Positions 25,848-33,774 of a stretch of 33,774 nucleotides of DNA are shown here, one piece after another. The stretch lies in the sequence record DRR723986_5017, one strand, 5' to 3'. The position numbers were made by a program, and so were the translations under genes. Below the pieces are notes generated by a model. It saw only the letters and a program-made list of their open reading frames with translations. It made no database searches and was not told where the DNA came from. Each line of letters begins with the position of its first letter. Position 1 is the first letter of the stretch.

Positions 25848-28679
25848 TTGGCCGCTCGCAGTAAGACGCAATACATCGAGCTGAAAGGGTGCCGCGAGAA
25901 CAACCTCAAGGGCATTGATGTTGCCTTGCCAATCGGTGAAATGATTTGTGTAACGGGGCCAAGTGGTGCGGGCAAGACATCGCTGGTCGTCAACACGCTC
26001 TACGCCGAAGGCCAACGACGTTACATCGAAAGCTTTTCAACTTACGCGCGTCAGTATTTGGAACGCATCGACAAGCCCGACGTCGATTCTGCAGTTGGTT
26101 TGCCGCCAGCAATCGCCGTTAAGGCCGGGGCCGGCCGCAAATCCAGCAGCCAAAGTAACCGTGTAACGGTTGGTTCTGCCAGTGAGATCGCTGAGTTTCT
26201 AAGACTCTTCTTTGCGGAAGCGGCTTCGCTGCGGTGCCATAGTTGCGGTGCCCATATCGTAAAGCACACGCCCGAATCGGTAGCTGAACATATCCTGGGC
26301 CTCGATGGCAGGAGGCTTATGGTCGCCTTCGAGGCGAGCTGGCAAGATGTGACCTCCCGAGCTCACGTCCTGGCGGACCTTCAGGCAGACGGGTTCGTCC
26401 GGATCATCTTCGGCGGTAAAGAGTTTCATCTCGACGGCGATCGCGACGCCCTGACTGAACTTCCCCACAGCGGTCAAGTGATCGTCGTCGTCGACCGCTT
26501 GAAGGGCGGCGAGTCCTCGCGAGCAACGGAAAGTGTCGAAGAAGCATTTCAGAATGGTCTTGGCGACCTTGTACTGCTTGTTGAGCCGAGCAACCAACAA
26601 CAACCCCCTGCTTCGGCGATTGAGATCGGAGGTAGGCCTTGGATCCGCGAGGACTTTAGCGACCGTCTCGTGTGCAAGGCTTGCGACATTGATTTCCCGC
26701 AGTCGCAGTCGCGGTTGTTCAGCTACAACAGCCCGCTTGGTGCTTGCCCAACATGCGAAGGGTTCGGCAATACGGTCGATCTGGATCCCAAACTGGTCGT
26801 CCCCGATGAGTCCAAGTCAATTGAGGAAGGCGCGATCGCACCTTGGAATTCACCAAGTTATGCGCACTACCTGGACGGGCTCGTGGATGTCAGTGATGCC
26901 ATTGGCCTGCCTGTGGATGCGCCATTTCGCAAGCTCACGGCGCGTCAGCGAAGAACTGTGTTCGAAGGTGACGAAGCCGCTGGAGTGATCGGCGTCAAAC
27001 AGTTCTTCGGTGACTTGCAGCGAAAAAAGTACAAAATGCACGTGCGTGTATTTCTTTCCCGCTGGAACAGCTATTCGCTTTGCGCAGCGTGTGACGGCAG
27101 ACGCCTCAATCAGCTTGCCCTGTCATACGTTGCTGGCGACCAAGAACTCAATTACGCACAGCTTGCTGACATGCCAGCCGGCAATTTGCTTGATTACCTG
27201 AGAGCTTTCCCGACAGCCGCCTCCGCCTATCTTTCCCCACTTCGGCACACGATTGCCAGGCTCGAAACGCTATGTGATCTTGGGCTGCACTACCTCAGCC
27301 TGTCCAGGCCGATGCGCACCCTCAGCACCGGTGAAGCACAACGTGTTGCGATGTCGACCGTGCTGGGAAGCAGCCTTGTCAATATTCTGTATGTCCTCGA
27401 TGAACCCGCTCGCGGCTTACACTCCGAGGACGTCCTCCGGTTAAGCTCAGCAGCGCGTCGAATTGCGGACCGCGGCAATACAGTTGCCGTCGTTGAACAC
27501 CACCCTAGCTTGATCGTCGAAGCCGACACGGTGTTGGAGCTGGGCCCCGGAGCCGGAGAGGCGGGCGGCGAGGTTGTATTTCAGAACAAGCCAACAAAAT
27601 CTAGAGCCAAGGACTCTTCCACGCTTGCGCACGCGTTTGGCGTAAATCGGAATAAGAAAAATGCGAAAAGCCGGCGGTCGCCAAAGAGCTGGATTCGCCT
27701 CAAAGGTTGCCAGCGGAACAACTTGCAAAACATCGATGTAGATTTCCCAATTGGACTGCTTTGCTGCGTGACTGGCGTCAGTGGAAGTGGCAAATCGAGT
27801 CTCGTTACTCAGACGCTTCTACCGGCCATGCAGCAGCGGCTCGACGGGAAGCGACTGAACAAAGCATTGCTTCTGCAGAGCATTGACGTTCCCAATCAGA
27901 TCCATTCGCTCACTTTGGTGGATCAACAGCCGATCGGCCGGTCGTCGCGGAGCAACCCAGCCACCTTCACGAAGGTCTTCGACGATATCCGAAAGTTGTT
28001 TGCGGGCACAATCGAATCAAAGACACGGAACTTAACACCAGGAAGCTTCAGTTTTAATAGCCCGATGGGGCGATGCGACAACTGCACCGGCGAAGGCTTC
28101 TTGGAAGTTGACATGCATTTTCTAGCCGACGTCCGCTCCACGTGTCCGGTTTGTAATGGTAGTCGATTCAATCAGCAAGTGCTCGAGGTTCACTATCGTG
28201 GCAAGTCGATCGCGGACTGTTTGCAGATGTCTGCATCGGAAGCAATTGACTTCTTTCGTGGCGAGCGGGCGATTCAAGAAACGCTTGGGGTACTTGAGCG
28301 TGTAGGACTTGGCTACCTTCGCCTTGGCCAACCCGCCCCGACACTTAGCACAGGTGAGGCCCAAAGACTCAAACTTGCCAGTCACATCTCCCAGAACTCC
28401 GCGGCCGGACGTCTACTTGTCCTCGACGAGCCTTGCACGGGGCTTCACCCAGCCGACGTGAATCGCGTTCTTGATTGCCTACGCGAACTCGTCAATTCTG
28501 GTGCATCGGTCATCCTTATCGAACACAGTTTACAGGTTGCTGCTGCGGCGGACTACTTGATCGATCTCGGCCCTGGCCCGGCTGAAGAAGGCGGAAGCAT
28601 CGTCGCCTGTGGAACGCCAGAAGAACTTGCCAGTCAAGCTGACTCCGTCACAGGACGTCATTTGGCGGATTGGGTCTAA
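25848..28679 (+). CDS. uvrA: Excinuclease ABC subunit A, divergent paralog
   Basis: Two ABC modules (GPSGAGKT and GVSGSGKSS; LSTGEAQR twice; LDEP twice). YAEGQRRYIES. Zn-finger pairs CHSC/CKAC, CPTC/CAAC, CDNC/CPVC. DLGPG. TTG 25848 follows AGGGA, whereas TTG 25788 lies inside a hairpin. Confidence 0.93.
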   Translation: MAARSKTQYIELKGCRENNLKGIDVALPIGEMICVTGPSGAGKTSLVVNTLYAEGQRRYIESFSTYARQYLERIDKPDVDSAVGLPPAIAVKAGAGRKSSSQSNRVTVGSASEIAEFLRLFFAEAASLRCHSCGAHIVKHTPESVAEHILGLDGRRLMVAFEASWQDVTSRAHVLADLQADGFVRIIFGGKEFHLDGDRDALTELPHSGQVIVVVDRLKGGESSRATESVEEAFQNGLGDLVLLVEPSNQQQPPASAIEIGGRPWIREDFSDRLVCKACDIDFPQSQSRLFSYNSPLGACPTCEGFGNTVDLDPKLVVPDESKSIEEGAIAPWNSPSYAHYLDGLVDVSDAIGLPVDAPFRKLTARQRRTVFEGDEAAGVIGVKQFFGDLQRKKYKMHVRVFLSRWNSYSLCAACDGRRLNQLALSYVAGDQELNYAQLADMPAGNLLDYLRAFPTAASAYLSPLRHTIARLETLCDLGLHYLSLSRPMRTLSTGEAQRVAMSTVLGSSLVNILYVLDEPARGLHSEDVLRLSSAARRIADRGNTVAVVEHHPSLIVEADTVLELGPGAGEAGGEVVFQNKPTKSRAKDSSTLAHAFGVNRNKKNAKSRRSPKSWIRLKGCQRNNLQNIDVDFPIGLLCCVTGVSGSGKSSLVTQTLLPAMQQRLDGKRLNKALLLQSIDVPNQIHSLTLVDQQPIGRSSRSNPATFTKVFDDIRKLFAGTIESKTRNLTPGSFSFNSPMGRCDNCTGEGFLEVDMHFLADVRSTCPVCNGSRFNQQVLEVHYRGKSIADCLQMSASEAIDFFRGERAIQETLGVLERVGLGYLRLGQPAPTLSTGEAQRLKLASHISQNSAAGRLLVLDEPCTGLHPADVNRVLDCLRELVNSGASVILIEHSLQVAAAADYLIDLGPGPAEEGGSIVACGTPEELASQADSVTGRHLADWV

Positions 28680-28710
28680 AGCGCCATAAAAACAGAAGCC
28701 TGAAGCAGCC

Positions 28711-28776
28711 GGCTCGATCGAGCCTTCGATAGAAAAGCGACGCACGTGTGGGGTGGATCCCAGCCACCCCACACGT
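28711..28776. repeat. Perfect 14-bp palindrome and 13-bp-stem hairpin downstream of uvrA
   Basis: GGCTCGATCGAGCC at 28711-28724. ACGTGTGGGGTGG-ATCCCAG-CCACCCCACACGT at 28744-28776. Confidence 0.7.
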
Positions 28777-29139
28777 ATTCCAAAGAGCGAAATAGGCCCA
28801 GCCGCTCTTTGACGTCACACCACAGATTCGCGTCATGAAGTACGCACGTTCATGCGTCAATCGATTGCCCGAGACTGACGCAAGTGAACTAGTCTGTGTA
28901 CTCGACATTTTCCGCGGCCCTAGCTTGCAAATTCAAGCGCCCAGCGGCTGTTTGGCGACCCTTCGCCATCAAGAGGGGAGGCCGCTCAACCCAATAGAGG
29001 TAGTCCCGGGCAAATTTGTCTATTTCCCGAATCAAATTGGGAAATGTGAAATCCGCCGGTGATAACATTTCGAGCCGCCAAGGTTGGCTCGCACGACTGA
29101 TTCGATACAGCATTCCCGCTTGCTTTAGGGCAAAGTGAT

Positions 29140-29736
29140 TTGAATTCCAGGAAGCCCCAAACGCAAGAAAATTGCCTCTCAGGCCGAGAGCGTGGGCAGC
29201 TACGGGAATTTGTTGCAGCCAATCTTGATCGCCTTGTTCTCTATGCCCGAACCCGCTGCTCTTCACCTGAAGATGCGGTTCAAGAGGCACTGGTTGAACT
29301 CGTTCGCCAACCCCGCCTCCCCGCGGACTTGATGAAGTGGCTGTATCAAGCGGTTCGCTGGCGAGCTGAGAATCTGCGGCGTGCCGAGGCGCGGCAGATC
29401 ACGCATATCGAGGCACATGCGCGGACTACTCCGGAGTGGTTCGCCAGTCCAGACAAATCATCGGCTGAGGACTTCGACTCCGAAGACCTCCAGTCAGCCC
29501 TGGAAAAACTTCCAGACATTGAACGAGAAATTGTTGTCCTCAAAGTCTGGGGCGGCCACACATTTGAAGAGATTGCTGACATTGTTGATGCATCGCGAAG
29601 CAGCGTCCACCGCCAGTACTGGTCCGCTGTTAGTCAGCTAAAACGCAGCCTCCAGATGTGCGACGACACAAGCCGACAAACCGCCCGACGCACAACAGCT
29701 TTCACCAAGCCAACCGCCCAGGAGACCGAACAATGA
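29140..29736 (+). CDS. ECF RNA polymerase sigma factor
   Basis: Region 2: LVLYAR...PEDAVQEALVEL...KWLYQAVRWRAENLRR. Region 4: LEKLPDIEREIVVLKVWGGHTFEEIADIV. Start codon uncertain. Confidence 0.92.
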   Translation: MNSRKPQTQENCLSGRERGQLREFVAANLDRLVLYARTRCSSPEDAVQEALVELVRQPRLPADLMKWLYQAVRWRAENLRRAEARQITHIEAHARTTPEWFASPDKSSAEDFDSEDLQSALEKLPDIEREIVVLKVWGGHTFEEIADIVDASRSSVHRQYWSAVSQLKRSLQMCDDTSRQTARRTTAFTKPTAQETEQ

Positions 29737-30359
29737 CTTCACCTGAAGACCGAGCTGATTCGCAATTTGAGGATAGTCTCCGAGCGTTCAAGCCATCCCC
29801 AGCAAAGGTTGATTTGAGCGTCCTTGATCGCCCTGAGGCGTCTCCCAATCCGGTGAACGTTCGAGCCCGTCCGTTGGATGCCAAACGGCCAAGATCCTGG
29901 CGAGTCGCTGGGCTATCGTACTGCGCGGGCCTGGCAATGGGTGTCGCCATCATGGTGTTCTTGCAGATGCGAGACACTCCAAGCGACGGGCTCGCTGGAC
30001 AACAAGACGCGCAGAATGTAGCTGGAGATGAAAGTCTTGCGCAGAACAATGTTGCTACAGCAGTCCAACCCACCGCCACAGCAGAAGCAGTGGTCGAAGA
30101 CAGGCCCAGCTCGGTGTTCGGTAACCAAAGACTAACCAGCATCGCCACCCTGGACCTAATGCAGGATGCGACCGACCAGATGACATTGACACCGCGAGGG
30201 TTCTTGACGACCGATGGTGCCTACTCAGCAACGAGCCGATCGAGCGGACTCGGTAGTCAAAGCGATGCTCCGCCAGGGTCGTTTGATTCAGACTCGCAGC
30301 GCTACAATCTACGCCGCATGCAACAGGACATGACGGACCCCGCCAATTGGGTGCTCTAA
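29733..30359 (+). CDS. Putative single-pass anti-sigma factor
   Basis: ATGA overlap with the sigma stop. Short cytoplasmic N-terminus (QFEDSLRAFKPSP), one TM helix (VAGLSYCAGLAMGVAIMVFL) and a low-complexity extracytoplasmic tail. The anti-sigma role is inferred from position and topology. Confidence 0.7.
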   Translation: MTSPEDRADSQFEDSLRAFKPSPAKVDLSVLDRPEASPNPVNVRARPLDAKRPRSWRVAGLSYCAGLAMGVAIMVFLQMRDTPSDGLAGQQDAQNVAGDESLAQNNVATAVQPTATAEAVVEDRPSSVFGNQRLTSIATLDLMQDATDQMTLTPRGFLTTDGAYSATSRSSGLGSQSDAPPGSFDSDSQRYNLRRMQQDMTDPANWVL

Positions 30360-30441
30360 CCGATCTTCAACTGCCCGTGATTCGCAGTTCCCACCATTCA
30401 CCCAGCAGAACCAAGCCACACTTTACGTTTGAGAGGAAAGT

Positions 30442-32049
30442 ATGCAGATGAACTATGAAGCCCTACCGCCTGAGACTGGTTGCAGGAGGCACTGCAGGAG
30501 AGTGCGCAAATTGCATTGCTTGGCATGCCTGCGTTTGATTGCCCTTATCGCGATTGGCGTGTCCACCTCTTTCGTCTGCACGGCTGAAGAGCCGACTCGC
30601 GAAGGGGATTGGATGCGGAGCAAGGATCCAACCACCGGTGTGACCAGCCTCAGCATGGAGCTGCGTCTCCCCGCGGTCGCGGAACCCAAACCGGCATTGA
30701 GCGTTGAATTCGTTCCCGCCGACCACAAGCGTAGCGACGGTAACTCGGCGATGTTCTATTTGAAGTCTACCGGCTTCTTCGAACAAACCCATGCACGCAA
30801 GCTGTTGACCGAGTACTACCAGAAGGCATCTAAGCAAGCCAATGAGTCTGGGAAGTCAATGAATCAACTGCCTCCCTACGTATGGCTCGACACACCGCCG
30901 GAGCAACTTCCTATCAAAGAAGTCAAGGAGTTCTTGCAGTTCACGGCATTCCAGCCGCAGTTTCTCCGTGAAGCCACGATGCGACGTGACTTTTCAATGG
31001 ATCGGCAAATGGAAAATGTTGACGATACGATCGCGTACCTGCTGCCCGAGATCCAGGCATTTCGAGAGACCGCACGTATGCAAAGCATGCGAACCCGGCT
31101 TGCGCTCGCGGAAGGCCGTGTCGACGATGCAGTCGAGATTGTCGGACAACAGTTTGCGATGGCGAACCACCTTTGCCAAGATGATTTCATCGTTTCTGCC
31201 CTGGTCGGATTGGCCGTCCAAGGAATCGCCTGGGAGGACACACTCTATGTTTTGCAACATGCGGATGCACCCAACCTATACTGGGCATTCGCAGCGGTTC
31301 CGAAGCCCGACATGACGCGTGCGTATTCCTTTGAACGTGATATCTTCTACAAACAGCTCAAGGAGTTGCGTGAGGTCACTGAAGAGCCGCGTCCGGTTGA
31401 GTACTGGAACGAGGTAATCGATCGCTTGATACCGAGGTTCAAGTCACTTGGCATCGAAGGGCTCTCGGTTATCGACGGCAACGCGTCACCCGAAGTTCAG
31501 CGAGCTCAGTTCGTCATGTACATTGGCGCAGCCTACCCTGCCGCGCGTCGCTACCTTATCGAGGACATAGGGCTGGAGCCTGGCAAGGTTGACGCTTATC
31601 CGACCACGCAAACTGTCCTGCTAGCGATCTGTAGATTCCACGATCGGATGCGTGATGAGATGTGGAAATGGACACTTGTTGCGCCCGGGGCAGCAAATCG
31701 TTCTGGTGGATTCGCACTTGCCGAAAGAAAGATTCAGAGCGAAAGCAAGCGAATCGGCTTCGCCGCTGAGCCGGCAACTCTGTTGCTTCCAGCAGTTGGC
31801 GCGATGACCGCCGCCGAATCTCGAGCTCAAATGCAAATGGCAATGACCCAAACTGTCGCCGCCATCCAGGATCACGCCGCCAACCATAATGGCCAACTTC
31901 CTCGCAGCCTCGAGGAACTTCGATTGCCGGCACCTGTTCACCCCGGCACCGGCAAGGCGTTGGATTATGAGCTGATCGGCGGGAGAGGCGTTCTGACCGG
32001 CAAAGCTCGGTATATCCGATACACGTTGGTGCTCATGATTGAAGGCTGA
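30442..32049 (+). CDS. Secreted alpha-helical hypothetical protein with a C-terminal pilin/GspG-like segment
   Basis: RBS GAGAGG and a signal-like segment (LIALIAIGVSTSFVCTA-EE). Helical body (GNSAMFY, LLPEIQ-x-FRE-x-AR, VSALVGLAV, PNLYWA). C-terminus AAIQDHAANHNGQLPRSLEEL...HPGTGKALDY. Confidence 0.8.
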   Translation: MQMNYEALPPETGCRRHCRRVRKLHCLACLRLIALIAIGVSTSFVCTAEEPTREGDWMRSKDPTTGVTSLSMELRLPAVAEPKPALSVEFVPADHKRSDGNSAMFYLKSTGFFEQTHARKLLTEYYQKASKQANESGKSMNQLPPYVWLDTPPEQLPIKEVKEFLQFTAFQPQFLREATMRRDFSMDRQMENVDDTIAYLLPEIQAFRETARMQSMRTRLALAEGRVDDAVEIVGQQFAMANHLCQDDFIVSALVGLAVQGIAWEDTLYVLQHADAPNLYWAFAAVPKPDMTRAYSFERDIFYKQLKELREVTEEPRPVEYWNEVIDRLIPRFKSLGIEGLSVIDGNASPEVQRAQFVMYIGAAYPAARRYLIEDIGLEPGKVDAYPTTQTVLLAICRFHDRMRDEMWKWTLVAPGAANRSGGFALAERKIQSESKRIGFAAEPATLLLPAVGAMTAAESRAQMQMAMTQTVAAIQDHAANHNGQLPRSLEELRLPAPVHPGTGKALDYELIGGRGVLTGKARYIRYTLVLMIEG

Positions 32050-32116
32050 TGCCGCACCACAGACTAGTTATGCGACACCGTCGCTCCACAACATACAACC
32101 AAATCGGAGTATCCCA

Positions 32117-33619
32117 ATGATACATACACTAACCCTAAGGGCCGCCGCGGCCTGCCTTTTAACACTCACGTGCGTAGTTTGCGTTTCTGCAGACCAGCGA
32201 CTTCAATCGGCCATTCGCCCCGGAACGTTGCTCGTAGCCGAGCTTTCTCCCGAGGTCCTTGATATAGCAAGTCAATTGGCAGATTTTGAGCGCCATCAAA
32301 GATCGCTCGACGCCCTGAAACAGTTGGCTGCTGGCGAAGACATTCTCGTCACTGTCGAAATTCCACATTCACCTCACCAGGCGTTTGTTCAGATTCATCT
32401 TTCCGATAAGACCGATGCGAACAAGCTTGCTGCACAACTCGAAATGCTTGGACTGCCACCGGCCAAGAAACATGACGCCGGTTTCGCGGTTTCCGTCTTC
32501 CGATCTTGGCAACTTGATAGCGAAACAGCGTTAGTAGATCCTGTAGCCGATGATCGAATCACTGCTTTCGCAGATGCACTCGCCTTGCATGCAGATTCAC
32601 CGGCACGCGCGGCTGTGATTGTTCCAGACTACTTTGCTCGCACGCTTCGTGAGACCACTCCCAACCTGCCGTCCGCTTTGGGATCCGTTTCGACTCCAGT
32701 TGTACTCGATGGTGCCAAGACTCTTAGTATTGGCATGTCTCCAGATGACCTAAAACTTACGGCTATCGCCACCGCAAAAAACGCGGCTGCCGCAGCAAAA
32801 TTCAAAAACATCTGCGTAGCGCTTTTACAATCGCTCGAGACGGCAAATGCCACATCGGAGGTAAGCGTGCCGGTTCTGCTCAAGCCCTTACTTGTTGCCT
32901 TGCCGGACGTGGAGATCGTTACAGAGGGCAACACGGCGGAGATCACCATCGCAGGTGGCAACCCCAAGACAGCAGAAACGCTGATACAACTCGTTCGTCG
33001 CATGATGTTGCCAATCGAGCGAAGCCGTGTATCGAACAGCCTGAAAGAAGTGGTGTTGGCGTTTCATAATTACGAATCAGCGAATCGTAGTTTTCCGCCC
33101 GCCAAGAATGCCCGCGGAGAAGACGGCAAGCCATTGCTTTCTTGGCGAGTTCACATTCTTCCCTACTTGGGCGAAGGTGAATTGTACGATCAGTTTCACT
33201 TAGACGAACCCTGGGACAGTGAGCATAACATCACGCTACTCGATCAAATGCCGGCAGTGTTTGCTCCGGCGGTAATGGCAAACCCAGAGCTGTCGCTGGG
33301 CAAGGCCCTCATCCAAGCTCCAGTGGGCGACAAGACTATCGCCGGTCGCGACAAGCCGGTTACATTCAGTCAGATAACGGATGGAACAAGCAATACAATT
33401 TTGTTGGTTGTAACCACTGCTGACCGCGCTGTGCCTTGGACCAAACCGGCTGATTACGAGGTTAACAGCGACGCACCGACCGAGGGCCTCGAGCTTGATG
33501 AGAATGGCGCTTTCGCGTGTGCATTCGCGGACGGTTCAGCTCACTTCATGGAAGCCTCGTTGGGTGACAAGATAAACGCGTTTTACTCGATGAACGGCGG
33601 AGAGGTTGTCACTTGGTAA
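32117..33619 (+). CDS. Secreted protein with a C-terminal DUF1559 domain
   Basis: GGAG then ATG 32117; signal peptide ending VSA-DQ. SNSLKEVVLAFHNYES, LSWRVHILPYL, FHLDEPWDSEHN, ITDGTSNTI, VPWTKP, FADGS and NGGEVV are DUF1559 motifs. Confidence 0.92.
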   Translation: MIHTLTLRAAAACLLTLTCVVCVSADQRLQSAIRPGTLLVAELSPEVLDIASQLADFERHQRSLDALKQLAAGEDILVTVEIPHSPHQAFVQIHLSDKTDANKLAAQLEMLGLPPAKKHDAGFAVSVFRSWQLDSETALVDPVADDRITAFADALALHADSPARAAVIVPDYFARTLRETTPNLPSALGSVSTPVVLDGAKTLSIGMSPDDLKLTAIATAKNAAAAAKFKNICVALLQSLETANATSEVSVPVLLKPLLVALPDVEIVTEGNTAEITIAGGNPKTAETLIQLVRRMMLPIERSRVSNSLKEVVLAFHNYESANRSFPPAKNARGEDGKPLLSWRVHILPYLGEGELYDQFHLDEPWDSEHNITLLDQMPAVFAPAVMANPELSLGKALIQAPVGDKTIAGRDKPVTFSQITDGTSNTILLVVTTADRAVPWTKPADYEVNSDAPTEGLELDENGAFACAFADGSAHFMEASLGDKINAFYSMNGGEVVTW

Positions 33620-33744
33620 GTTGACTTCAATCGGCAACAACCAGCGCGTTCCCAGAAGCACCCTTGCTTCCGAGAGCGTCTGGCTAGGGGCCAAAGGGCT
33701 GACACCAACCGTGCCGGGCCTGACAATGCCCGGTAGTTCTACGC

Positions 33745-33774
33745 CCCATTGCGGTTGGGCCCATTGCGGTTGGG
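33745..33774. repeat. Exact 15-bp tandem repeat (CCCATTGCGGTTGGG x2) running to the window end
   Basis: Read directly at 33745-33759 and 33760-33774. Confidence 0.8.

Noticed and set aside
28889-29290. 133-aa minus-strand ORF upstream of the ECF sigma
   Set aside because: It overlaps the sigma gene head-to-head and has no recognisable domain.
32199-33635. 13-bp direct repeat GACTTCAATCGGC at 32199 and 33623
   Set aside because: Several 13-mer matches are expected by chance in 34 kb. One copy is inside a CDS and there are no signs of a mobile element.
1-33774. CRISPR array, tRNA/rRNA, transposase, integrase or known defence system
   Set aside because: I saw no repeat-spacer periodicity, cloverleaf or rRNA-like tract, and no such protein motifs in the ORF set.

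Overview
This 33.8-kb window looks like chromosomal DNA from a planctomycete, probably Pirellulales-like. That assignment is inferred from the DUF1549/DUF1553 cytochrome protein, DUF1559, DUF1598, the sulfatase and the FHA-GAF-sigma54 activator. It holds about 24 credible genes. Housekeeping genes: 5-formyl-THF cyclo-ligase and ilvN-ilvC without ilvB. Repair genes: a short UvrC/Cho-like GIY-YIG nuclease and a divergent UvrA. Redox genes: a divergent pair of cytochrome c units (an octaheme-HEAT-TPR protein; a secreted beta-rich protein plus a DUF1549/DUF1553 protein) next to a membrane thioredoxin. There is also a run of small minus-strand orphans, a sigma54 activator-methyltransferase-DASS transporter unit, and a four-gene ECF sigma / putative anti-sigma / secreted helical protein / DUF1559 protein operon. 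I found no rRNA, tRNA, CRISPR array or transposase. The best candidates for something undescribed are (i) the ECF operon, in which both secreted proteins end in pilin-head-like domains without a prepilin leader, (ii) a QLxLF clamp-binding-like motif inserted in the Cys cluster of the UvrC-like nuclease, and (iii) stand-alone T2SS/pilus-derived domains next to a GTAG-type REP. All family calls come from motif recognition by eye; no database search was run.
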